A DNA stretch of 64,000 nt. Source: Scyliorhinus canicula. Lineage: Eukaryota. This document shows positions 26,334 to 37,950 of the stretch, in pieces. How positions within the stretch are numbered: position 1 is the first letter of the stretch; every line of letters starts with the position of its first letter. A program made the translations under genes and the position numbers. The stretch lies in assembly GCF_902713615.1 (NCBI RefSeq), contig NC_052152.1, forward strand, positions 209,801,046 through 209,865,045, given 5' to 3'. The notes beneath the pieces were generated by a model, which saw nothing but the letters and a program-made list of their open reading frames with translations, ran no database searches and was not told where the DNA came from.

Positions 26334-27309
26334 GTGCCCTGGACAGTAAGGCAGCATTGAGTGCCCTGGACAGTAAGGCGGCATCGAGTGCCCTGGACAG
26401 TAAGGCAGCATTGAGTGCCCTGGACAGTAAGGCAGCATTGAGTGCCCTGGACAGTAAGGCAGCATTGAGTGCCCTGGACAGTAAGGCAGCATTGAGTGCC
26501 CTGGACAGTAAGGCAGCATTGAGTGCCCTGGACAGTAAGGCATTGAGTGCCCTGGACAGTAAGGCAGCATTGACTGCCCTGGACAGTAAGGCAGCATTGA
26601 CGGCCCTGGACAGTAAGGCAGCACTGACTGCCCTGGACAGTAAGGCAGCATTGACTGCCCTGGACAGTGAGGCATTGACTGCCCTGGACAGTGAGGCATT
26701 GACTGCCCTGGACAGTAAGGTGGCATTGAGTGCCCTGGACAGTAAGGCAGCATTGACTGCCCTGGACAGTAAGGCAGCATTGACTGCCCTGGACAGTAAG
26801 GCATTGACTGCCCTGGACAGTGAGGCATTGACTGCCCTGGACAGTAAGGCAGCATTGACTGCCCTGGACAGTGAGGCATTGACTGCCCTGGACAGTAAGG
26901 TGGCATTGAGTGCCCTGGACAGTAAGGCAGCATTGACTGCCCTGGACAGTAAGGTAGCATTTGACCAAGTGTGGCATCAAGGAGCCCCCTCAGAATTGAA
27001 GTCAATGGGAACCAGAGGTAAGGCTCCACTGGCCAAAGACTGAAGTCGACCAGCTATATAAATATGGTGGCTACAAGAGCAGGTCAGAGGCCAGGAATCC
27101 TGCGGCGAGTAATTCAGCTCCTGACTCACTAAAGTCTGTCCACCGTCTACAAGGCACAAGACAGGAATGTAATGGAATACTCTCCACTTGCCTGGATTAG
27201 TGCAGCCCCAACTACACTCAAGAAGTTCATCACCATCCAGGACAAAGCTTCCCACCCACTAACATTCACCCCCTCCACCACCGATGCACAGTGGCAGCCG
27301 TGTGTACCA

Positions 27310-29151
27310 GGAGAACCAGGGGGCAGAGGTGAGTGCAGTGACCATTACTAAGGAGAAGGTTCTGGGGAAACTGAAAGGTCTGATGGTGGATTAAATCACC
27401 TGCCGGTCCGGATGGACGACACCCCAGGTTCTAAAAGAGATAGCTCATTGCTCATGAGATTGTGGAGGCATTAGTGATGATCTTTCAGGAATCACTGGAG
27501 GCAGGAAGGATCCCAGAGGACTGGAAAGTGGCTAATGTAACACCACTGTTTAAGAAGGGAGGGAGGCAGATGATGGGAAATTATAGGCCGGTTAGCCTGA
27601 CTTCGGTTATCGGTAAGATTTTAGAGTCAGCTATTAAAGATGAGATCGCGGAGTACTTGGAAGTGCATGGTAAAATAGGACTGAGTCAACACGGCTTCGT
27701 CAAAGGAAGGTCGTGTCTGACAAATCTGTTAAGAGTTCTTTGAGGAAGTGATAAGGAAGTTAGACAAGGAGAACCAGTGGATATGATTTATTTCGATTTC
27801 CTGAAGTGGGGATAGAGGTGTCTTTTTCAGGATGGCAGCCGGCGATTAGTGGTGTGTCTCAGGGGTCAGTGCTGGGGCCACAACTTTTCACAATATACAT
27901 TAATGACCTGGAGGAAGGAACTGAAGGCACTGTTACTAAGTTTGCAGATGATACAAAAGACCTGTAGAGGGGCAGACAGTATTGAGGAAGCAGGCGGGCT
28001 TCGACAGGCTAGGAGAGTGGGCAATGAAGTGTCGGATGGAATACAATGTGGAAAAGTGTGAGGTTATGCACTTTGGAAGGAGGAATGGAGGCATAGACTA
28101 TTTTCTAAATGGGGAGATGCTTAGGAAATCATAAGCACAAAGGGACTTGGGAGTCCTTGTTCACAATTCTCTTAAGGTTAATGCGCAGGTTCAGTCGGCA
28201 GTTAGGAAGGCAAATGCAACGTTAGCATTCATGTCAAGAGGGCTGGAATACAAGACAAGGATGTACTTCTGAGGCTGTATAAGGCTCTGGTCAGACGCCA
28301 TTTGGAGCATTGTGAGCAGTTTTGGGCCCTGTATCTAGGAAGGATGTGCTGGCCTTGGAAAGGATCCAGAGGAGGTTCACAAGAATGATCCCTTGAATAA
28401 AGAGCTTGTCGTATGAGGAACCGTTGAGGACTCGGTCTGTACCCGTTGAAGTTTACAAGGATGAGGAAGGATCTTATTGAAACTTACAGGATACTGAGAG
28501 GCCTGGATAGAACAAAAATAGAACATTGCAGAAGGAGGCCATTCGGCCTATCGAGTCTGCACCGACCCACTTAACCCCTCACTTCTACCCTATCCCCGTA
28601 ACCCAATAACCCCTCCTAACCTTTTTGGTCACTAAGGGCAATTTATCATGGCCAATCCACCTAACCTGCACGTCTTTGGACTGTGGGAGGAAACCCACGC
28701 AGACACAGGGAGAACGTGCAGACTCTGCACAGAGTGACCCAGTGGGGAATTGAACCCGAGACCCTGGCACTGTGAAGCCACAGTGCTATCCACTTGTGCT
28801 ACCGTGCTGCCCGTAGAGTGGACGTGGAGAGGATGCTTCCACTTGTAGGAAAAACTAGAAGCAGAGGACACCATCTCAGACGAAAGGGACGATCCTTTAA
28901 AACAGAGATGAGGAGCAATTTCTTCAGCCAGAGGGTGGTGAATCTGTGGAACTCTTTGCCGCAGAAGGCTGTGGAGGCCAAATCACTGAGTGCCTTTAAG
29001 ACAGAGATAGATAGGTTCTTGATTAATAAGGGGATCAGGGGTTATGGGGAGAAGGCACGAGAATGGGGATGAGAAAAATATCAGCAATGATTATGGCAGA
29101 GCAGACTCAATGGGCCGAGTGGCCTAATTTTGCTCCTATGTCTTATAGTCT
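27310..29151 (+). mobile_element. 5'-truncated CR1 LINE, TSD TACCA, interrupted by a SINE
   Basis: ORFs 27462-27743 and 28794-29072; tacca at 27305-27309 and 29152-29156. Confidence 0.88.
28510..28812 (-). mobile_element. SINE nested in CR1
   Basis: Splits the CR1 text ggcctggatag/agtggacgtgg. Confidence 0.9.
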
Positions 29152-29609
29152 TACCATCTACAAGATGCACTGCAGCCAAGGTTCCTTTGACAGCACCCTC
29201 TAAATCCACAATCCCTGCCACCTAAAAGGACAAGGGCAACAGATGCATAGCACCTACAAGTTCCCTTCCAAGCCAGACTCCTTCTGCTTGGGATTATATT
29301 GCTGTTTCCTTCACTGCCACTGAATCAAAATCCTGGAACCCACTAACAGTGCCAGCTGGACGACAACAGATCAGTGGAAGCTCAGTATCCACATTCTCAA
29401 CTGCAATTAGGGATGGGCAACACATGCTGGCCTAGCCATCAATGCTCACACGCCATGAAAGTTTTAAAAAAGTTTCAGATGGGAAGCAAACTACCATCGC
29501 AGAAATGAATGAGCAGATTTCACCCCTTGAAATTTCACAATTCAAGCAAAAGAAATCTTCCCTGAGAGACAGTAATTACAGCATCAGTCACTGAGCGTGA
29601 GGAAGGTAC

Positions 29610-29767
29610 CTGGCATTTGCAATGTACGTGAGATCAGGTGGAAGAGATCCATTATTCGCTGCTCTTGCTGCCTCAGAATTGGGATACGGTTGAGGGAAAT
29701 AGTCAGAGAGTTTTCCAGGGCGAGTGAACATTTCTCCATTTTCATCTGGTCCATCCACAATTTCAAC
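29610..29767 (-). CDS. CYC1: Cytochrome c1 exon 4
   Basis: Manual translation (frame absent from ORF track): [52 protein letters not shown](R), including the PPDL motif; ctag acceptor, AG|gtacc donor; 158 nt, phase 0 to 2. Confidence 0.97.
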
Positions 29768-30087
29768 CTAGAGGCAGTAAGGAGAGAGAGCGAGATGGTA
29801 AGAAACAGCAGGCATTGGGTAATTCCTGCTTTTCTGGAGGGCAACTGCTGATCAATACCAAAGAAACTGTGAAGTTAGCTTTCAGCTTTGTACACACAGT
29901 TATTAGATGTCAGCTTGGCCCAGTTCAGAGCTGGGGGTCAGAATCAATTCATTAGAAAACAACATGGAAACTTCACACAAGTAGCATTATAATCCCACAT
30001 CAGCACCCTGATCCCATATATTCTTCCATACCTTTAGCCATCTAATCTCAGACCCAGATTTGGATATATACTCCTGCCTGCTCATAT

Positions 30088-30692
30088 TGTCATTTGAGAG
30101 TACCTTTAAGAAATGGGTGTGTATATCTGTAGCGAGTGTACCTTTAAGAAGTGGGTGTTTATTATCAGTGATGTCAGCGTGTGGGTGGAGCTGGGCTGTC
30201 TGTCAGCTTTTTACTTTCGTTTTGAGCAGGATGCGTTTTAGTTTCATTTTCAGAGCTGGATAGCTGCAGTCACACACAGACACCTTCTGTCAGAGAGAGA
30301 GAAAATCTCTCTCTGTAATCTAAAGACTGTAAATCGAACCTGGTGATTTAAAACTAATAACAGTAGTGACTTTAACCTGATGTGCTTCTGGTAAAAGGTG
30401 TTTTAAGTCGTATGGATGTTAAAAAGGAAAGCTTAAAGGATTACTTAGTGTTGAAATCTTTGAGGGGTGTATTTGAATTAATGGTTGCTAAGATGTTCAC
30501 TGTATGTTTTAAAAAGGTTAATTTGAGTTCATAGAATAAACATTGTTTTGCTTTAAAAAATACTTTTCCATTTCTGCTGTACCACACCTGTAGAGTGGGC
30601 CGTGTGCTCCCCACACCGCAATCTAGTAAAAGTTGTGGGTCAGGTGAACTCCATGATACACTTTGGGGCTCTCTAAACCCTGGCCCATAACA
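30088..30692. mobile_element. Solo LTR (605 bp, Gypsy-like)
   Basis: TGTCAT...ATAACA termini; ATAT duplicated at 30084-30087 and 30693-30696; internal AATAAA. Confidence 0.85.
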
Positions 30693-31214
30693 ATATCGAT
30701 GTTAAAACCGTGTACTATTATTCAGAGATTCAGGCTAATGTTCACCATGAGGAGTCAAAAAACAGAACAAATCAACTGATTGTTCACCTTGCTATTTTGA
30801 GGGTAATTCATTCAACTCAATGTTTGTGGTGGGAAAACATTTAGAGACCTTAATCCGAGAGAAATGATTTGTCATTTGGAAAAATTAAGGGTTAATAAAT
30901 GAAAGTCAGCACAAATTTGCTGATAGCAGAATGTGTTTGTCTAACTTGAGTTCTTTGATGCAGTTGCAGAGAATGGGTGAGGGTAGTACAATTGTGTACA
31001 TGGACATTCAAAAGGTGATTGAGAGCCACTTAATAAGACTTGCAAAAATGAAGCCAGTGGGATTAGAGATAGTAGCAGCATGGATACAAAATAGGCTACG
31101 GGACAAAAATCTGAAAGTAATGGTGACTGGTTGCCCTTCCAATTTTCCTCTTCCATGGGATGTGGCAGGGTCAGTATAAGGAAACTGGAGCACAATGAGG
31201 CTAATTTTAAAATT

Positions 31215-31960
31215 CATTTAAGGGATGTAGGCATCGCTGGTTAGGCCAGCATTTATTGCCCATCCCGAGTTGCCCTTTAGAAGGTGATGGGCGAATTACC
31301 TTCTTGAACCGCTGCAGTCCTTGAGGTGTAGGTGCACCCACTATGGTTAGGGATGTTGCTCAATGACAGCGAAGGAACAACGACATATTTCCAAGTCAGG
31401 TTTGTGAGTGACTTGGAGGGGAACCTCCAGGTGGTGAGGTTCCCAAGTATTTGCGGTTCTTGTCCTTCTAGATGGTAGTGGTCGTGGGCTGGGAAGGTGC
31501 TGTCTAAGGAACCTTAGTGAGTTACTCAGCGCATCGTGTAAATGGTACACACGGCTGCTACTGTGCATCGGTGGCGGAGGGAGTAAATGTTTGTGGATGG
31601 GGTGCCAATCAAGCGGGGCTGCTTTGTCCTGGATGGTGTCGAGCTCCTGGAGTGTTGTTGGAGCTGCACTCATCCAGGCAAGTGCAGAGTATTCCATCAC
31701 ACTCCTGACTTGTGCCTTGGAGAGGGTGGACAGGCTTTGGGGATGGGGTCAGGAGGTGAGTCACTCGTCGTAGGTTTCGTAACCTTTGACCTGCCCTGAT
31801 AGCCACAGTATTAATGTGGCTAGTCCAGTTCAGTTTCTGATCAATAGTAGCCCCAGGATTGTGGGGGATTCAGCGATGGGAATGCCATTGAATGTCAAGG
31901 CGATGGTTAGATCATCTCTTGTAGGAGATGTTCACTGCCTGGCACTCGTGTGCTGTGAAT
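31215..31960 (-). mobile_element. 3' fragment of the second LINE family
   Basis: MEYSALAWMSAAPTTLQELDTIQDKAA; tail matches 29400-29460 in reverse. Confidence 0.8.
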
Positions 31961-32295
31961 GTACTTCAGCCCCTTGAGCTTGCTCTGTCATTCAACTAGA
32001 TCACAGCTGATGCTTTACCTCAACACCATTTTCCTGCATGAATCCCATATCCATCGATGTTTTTAATCTGGAGAAATCGATAAAACTCTTGGCTTGAACA
32101 AAATCAACAACTGAGCCTCCTCTGGGCAGAGAATTCAAATCCACCCTCTGACGGAGGACATTCCTCTTTATCTCGGTTCGAAATGGCATATCTCCAACTC
32201 TGAAACTGTGTCCTTTGGTTTTAGATCCCCCTCAGCCATCCTTCTTGCATCTAACCCATTCAGTTCTGTAGGAATTTTATTGCCTCAATGAGGTC

Positions 32296-34522
32296 CATAA
32301 GACCATAAGACATAGGAGTGGAAGTAAGGCCATTCGGCCCATCGAGTCCACTCCGCCATTCAATCATGGCTGATGGGCATTTCAACTCCACCTACCAGCA
32401 TTCTCCCCGTAGCCCTTAATTCCTCGTGACATCAAGAATTTATCTATCTCTGCCTTGAAGCCATTTAGCGTCCCGGCCTCCACTGCACTCCGCGGCAATG
32501 AATTCCACAGGCCCACCACTCTCTGGCTGAAGAAATGTCTCCGCATTTCTGTTCTGAATTTACCCCCTCTAATTCTACGGCTGTGCCCACGGGTCCTAAC
32601 GGAAACAGTTTCTTTGCGTCCACCCTTTCTAAGCCATGTATTATCTTGTAAGTTTCTATTAGATCTCCCCTTAACCTTCTAAACTCCAATGAATACAATC
32701 CCAGGATCCTCAGCCGTTCATCATATGTTAGACCCGCCATTCCAGGGATCATCCGTGTGAATCTCTGCTGGACACGCTCCAGTGCCAGTATGTCCTTCCT
32801 GAGATGTGGGGCCCAAAACTGGACACAGTACTCCAAAGGGGGCCTAACCAGAGCCTTATAAAGGCTCAGTAGCACATCGCTGCTTTTATATTCCAACCCT
32901 CTTGAGATAAATGACAACATTGCATTCGCTTTCTTAATCACAGATTCAACCTGCATGTTTACCTTTAGGGAATCCTCGACTAGCACTCCCAGATCCCTTT
33001 GTACTTTGGCATTATGAATTTTCTCACCGTTTAGAAAGTAGTCTATGCTTGGATTCTTTTTTCCAAAGTGAAAGACCTCACATTTTCTCACGTTGAATTG
33101 CATCAGCCATTTCCTGCACCACTCTCCCAAACTGTCTAGATCCTTCTGCAGCCTCCCCACTTCCTCAGCACTACCTGCCTGACCACCTAACTTTGTATCA
33201 TCGGCAAACTTCGCTAGAATGCCCCAGTCCCTTCATCCAGATCATTAATATATATGGTGAACAGCTGCGGCCCCAACACTGAACCCTGTGGGACACCGCT
33301 GGTCACCGGCTGCCATTCCGAAAAAGAACCTTTTATCCCAACTCTCTGCCTTCTGTCAGACAGCCAATCCTCAACCCATGCCAGTAGCTCACCTCGAACA
33401 CCATGGGCCCTCACCTTACTCAGCAGCCTCCTGTGTGGCACCTTATCAAAGGCCTTTTGGAAATCCAGATAGACCACATCCACTGGGTTTCCCTGGTCTA
33501 ACCTACTTGTCACCTCCTCAAAGAATTCTAACAGGTTCGTCAGGCACGACCTCCCCTTACTAAATCCATGTTGACTTGTTCTAATCTGACCCTGCTCTTC
33601 CAAGAATTTAGAAATCTCATCCTTAACGATTGATTCTAGAATTTTACCAACAACCGAGGTTAGGCTAATTGGCCTATAATTTTCCATCTTTTGTCTTGAT
33701 CCTTTCTTGAACAAGGGGGTTACAACAGCGATCTTCCAATCGTCCGGGACTTTCCCTGACTCCAGTGATTTTTGAAAGATCTCAACCAACGCTTCCGCTA
33801 TTTCTTCAGCCACCTCTCTCAGAACTCTAGGGTGTAGCCCATCGGGGCCAGGAGATTTGTCAATTTTAAGATCTTTTAGCTTTTTTAGCACCATCTCTTT
33901 TGTAATGGCAACCATACTCAACTCAGCCCCCTGACCCTCTATAATTTTTGGGATATTACTAATGTCTTCCACTGTGAAGACAGACGCAAAGTACTTATTA
34001 AGTTCTCCAGCCATTTCCTCGTCTCCCATCACTAGCCTTCCGGAATCAGTTTGAATTGGCCCAATGTCTACTTTGGCCTGTCGTTTGTTTCTTATGTATT
34101 GAAAGAAACTTTTACTATCATTTCTTATATTACTGGCTAGCCTGCCTTCATATTTGATCCTCTCCTTCCTTATTTGTCTCTTTGTTAACCTCTGTTTGTT
34201 TTTGTAGCCTTCCCAATCTTCTGATTTCCCAGTGCTTTTGGCCACTTTATAGGATCTCTCTTTTTCTTTGATACATTTCCTGACCTCCTGTGTCAGCCAT
34301 GGCTGTCTAATCCCTCCCCGGATAATCTTTCTTTTCTTGGGGATGAACCTCTGTACAGTGTCCTCAATTATGCATACAAACTCCTGCCATTTTTGCTCTG
34401 CTGTCTTCCCCACTAGGGTCTGCTTCCAGTCGATTTTCGCCAGTTCCTCTCTCATGCCCTCGTAATTACCTTTATTTAACTGTAACACCATTACATCCGA
34501 TTTTGCCTTCTCTCTTTCAAAC
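32296..34522 (-). mobile_element. 5'-truncated CR1 LINE, relatively young
   Basis: ORFs 33214-34539 and 32465-33160 with RT motifs; one frameshift near KFADD; cataagac tail. Confidence 0.95.
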
Positions 34523-34897
34523 AACCTCTCACCTCTCATTTGTTTAAACTATAGAGAATACAGGCTGAGTTTCCTTCATCGATCCTCAGAGAACAATCCC
34601 ATTATCCCAGGATTGAGTCTGGTGAAGATTTGTTGCAATCTTTGTGGTCAGTAAATCCTTCCACAGGTAAGGAGATCAAAACTGTACAATATTTAAAGAG
34701 TTCAAAATTACACAAGGAAAAAAATCACACAAGCTGCTAAATTATAAAAGACAAAAAACAATGAGAAACCAGTTGCTTCAGCTCAGACTGCCAACAGATT
34801 AAAGGATCATTGCAATATTAATTACAGGGAGGCTGTAGTTACACAGCTTACATACAAATATTCAATTGATCATTATACAGTTGCAGGACATGTATGT

Positions 34898-35248
34898 CCA
34901 CTGTGCCCGGGGGCACGCCCACTGTGCCCGGGGGCACGCCCACTGTGCCCGGGGGCACGCCCACTGTGCCCGGGGGCACGCCCACTGTGCCCGGGGGCAC
35001 GCCCACTGCGCCCGGGGGCACGCCCACTGCGCCCGGGGGCACGCCCACTGCGCCCGGGGGCACGCCCACTGCGCCCGGGGGCACGCCCACTGCGCCCGGG
35101 GGCACGCCCACTGCGCCCGGGGGCACGCCCACTGCGCCCGGGGGCACGCCCACTGCGCCCGGGGGCACGCCCACTGCGCCCGGGGGCACGCCCACTGCAC
35201 CCGGGGGCACGCCCACTGCACCCGGGGGCACGCCCACTGCACCCGGGG
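34898..35248 (+). repeat. GC-rich 21-bp minisatellite (ccactgcgcccgggggcacgc), about 17 copies
   Basis: Tandem units with ordered variants 5 x tgtg, 9 x tgcg, 3 x tgca. Confidence 0.95.
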
Positions 35249-35689
35249 ACAATGAGAAAGGAGTATGGTACATCACTGGTTTGGCACATTTTTCTCTTAT
35301 TGATGTCTAGCAGTTAATGGAGAAGTCGAGACAAACTGGTGCTTGGTGATATTATAATTAAGTATATGTGCCCAAAATATGATTGGTTAATTATACTCGT
35401 ACGTTATACATTATGCAATCCTAATTACTAGTTGTGAATGGATACAGATAATTTCTACACAAAATGTATTCTTCGATTGGTACATGATAATTACTTGGAA
35501 GATAAGCAAACGGTGTAACTTCTGTATTTTCCTTGTCCGGCGAGCCTGCAAACCACATGGTAAATGTTTAGCTCCCCTGCTATAGCTTGAATTAAGTTTT
35601 TTGACCTGAAACGTAATGCCGTCTGGTCCGCTGGAGTGAGGAACACTATAGTCGAATAGTTGGGAAACTCCTGCAACAATAATACTCCA

Positions 35690-36605
35690 ATTGCAATCTC
35701 ATCAAGGCTCTACACAATTGCAGCAAGACTTCTTTACTCCTGTACTCAAATCATCTCGCGATAAAGACCATGATAGTCTATGGAATTACTTGCTACACCT
35801 GCATGCTAGCTTTCAGTAACTCACGAACAGCCAGGACTCTTTGCACATCAACATTTCCCAGTCTCACCATTTAAGAAATACTCTTGCATTTCTGTTTTTC
35901 CTAAAAAGAGGATAACTTCACATTTTTCCAGATTATATTCCATCTGCCATGTTCCTGTCCGCTTACTTAGTCTGTCAAAAATCACCTTGAAGCCTCTTTG
36001 CACTCTTCTCAACTCACAAACAAACCTAGTTTGTTGTCAACTTCAAATATTACATTTGGCCCCCACATCCAAATCATTGATAGATTCTGTACACCTGGGG
36101 CCAAAGCACTGATCCTTGCAGCCTCCGTATCTCTACCACATTTTTTTCTGTTTGTTAACCAATGGTGAATCTATGCCAGTTTATTACCTTCAATCCCATG
36201 AGCTCTAATGTTGCTTACAAACCTTCTGTGTGGGACCTTATTGAAAGCCTTCTGGAGATCTAAATACACCACGTCCACTGGTTCCCCTTATCTAGCCTAC
36301 TTACATCCTCTAAAAACTCCAATAGGTTTGTCAAACAAGATTCTACTTTCATAAATTCACGTCGAGTCTGCCCAATCCGATCATTATTTTCTACCTGTCC
36401 ACTTATCACATCCTTTATAATAGATTCAAGCATTTTCCTAGTACCTTTGTCAGGTTAACAGATCTGTAGCTCCCGTTTTCTCTCTCACTCCTTTCTTGAA
36501 TAATAGAATTATATTTGCTACCTTCCGATCTGCAGGCACCATTCCAGAATCTATAGAATTTTGGATTAGATGACCACCAACGCATCCACCATCTACAGCT
36601 ACCTC
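35690..36605 (-). mobile_element. Old CR1 RT relic
   Basis: Degenerate YRSVNLT, LDLQKAF, GSVL motifs. Confidence 0.7.
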
Positions 36606-37452
36606 TTAACATTGAGATAGGAATAGTGTACCATCTGTCACTAGTTCCACTATTCCTCAGGTCACAACATAGTTAAACGATTTCTCCAGCTAGCTATATG
36701 GACAAATCTGTGATTTACTCGTGAATCTCAGACAGACTACTCAATGTCCATGTTTCTTCTCTAAACAACAAAATTATTAGTTTATTATAGTAACAAACCT
36801 GCGCAGAGAAAGGTGAAGCTTATTAACATACAGTATGAAATATTTCCTAACTCTCTCTCACACATTAAAAAAATAATTTAAATAGAGTAATTCTGCCAAA
36901 GTTAATGATTCGAGGGAAAAGGATAGATGGAGTCTGTGACATGGTGTCTGGGTTATACAGTTGGTCCACCAGCACTGTTTATGAAATAACCGATGGTGCT
37001 TGCACTACTTTTCAAGAGGACTTTGCGGGAAACTTGACGTCAGTCAATTTCAGAAATTAGAACGACTTCAGAGCAATATCTGTTCACTTTTTGCTTTCGA
37101 CTGGGTCTGGAGCTTCAGGAGCTATTGTCTTTAATCAAGTAATTGATCCTTCTTGTTTTCTCCCCAAAGCAAAACACCGTACCAGATTTTAAACATACTT
37201 TTTCAAAGCATGTTTTCCCCCCAAAGCCATAGAGCACCAGGGTCAAGAGGTTCCTGGCTTCTTCAATACTGCTTAATTACCTTTTCTTGCAAAATGCTGT
37301 CTTTTCCAGAAACAGCAGCAACTGGAGTCACAGAAACCATAGTAAATTTATGGCATCTTTTTCAGATGAAAAAGAAAAAAATAAGAAAATGAGCTGCCCA
37401 TTCTAATCCCACCTTCCAGCATCCAGCCCATAGCTTTGCAGGTTACCTCACT

Positions 37453-37950
37453 TTGATTTTGATTTGATTTATTGTCACATGTACCGAAGTACAGTGAAAA
37501 GTATTTTTCTGCGGCCAAGGGAACGTACACAGAACGTACATAGTAGACAAAAGAATAATCAACAGAGAACATTGACAAATGGTACATTGGCAAACAGTGA
37601 TTGGTTACAGTGCGGAACAAGGGGCCAAACAAAGCAAATACATGAGCAAGAGCAGCATAGGGCGTCGTGAATAGTGTTCTTACAGGGAACAGATCAGTCC
37701 GAGGGGGAGTCGTTGAAGAGTCTAGTAGCTGTGGGGAAGCTGTTGTTATGTCCGGATGTGGGGTCTTCAGATTTCTGTACCTTCTGCCTGATGGAAGGGT
37801 CTGGAAGAGGGCAAAGTCTGGGTGGGAGGGGTCTCTGATAATGCTGTCTGCCTTCCTGAGGCAGCGGGAGGTGTAGACAGAATCAATGTGGGGGTGGCAA
37901 GCTTGTGTGATGCGTTGGACTGAGTTCACCACACTCTGCAGTTTCTTGCA
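37453..37950 (-). mobile_element. Rex1/Babar-type LINE 3' end
   Basis: RCLRKADSIIRDPSHP..LFQTLPSGRRYR; (gattt)n tail. Confidence 0.75.

Larger units (their letters stand above)
21690..26961 (+). repeat. 27/24-bp minisatellite (attgactgccctggacagtaaggcagc), split by an insertion at 24534-26333
   Basis: Two blocks, 21690-24533 and 26334-26961; reads (A)LTALDSKA. Confidence 0.95.
21545..29460 (+). mobile_element. Second LINE family relic (CR1/L2-group RT) hosting nested array, LTR, CR1 and SINEs
   Basis: TDTQFGF..DLITALV before the array; ALDSKVAFDQVWHQG after it; MEYSPLAW at about 27170; resumes at 29152 and ends in the gcaattagggatgggcaa tail. Confidence 0.8.
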
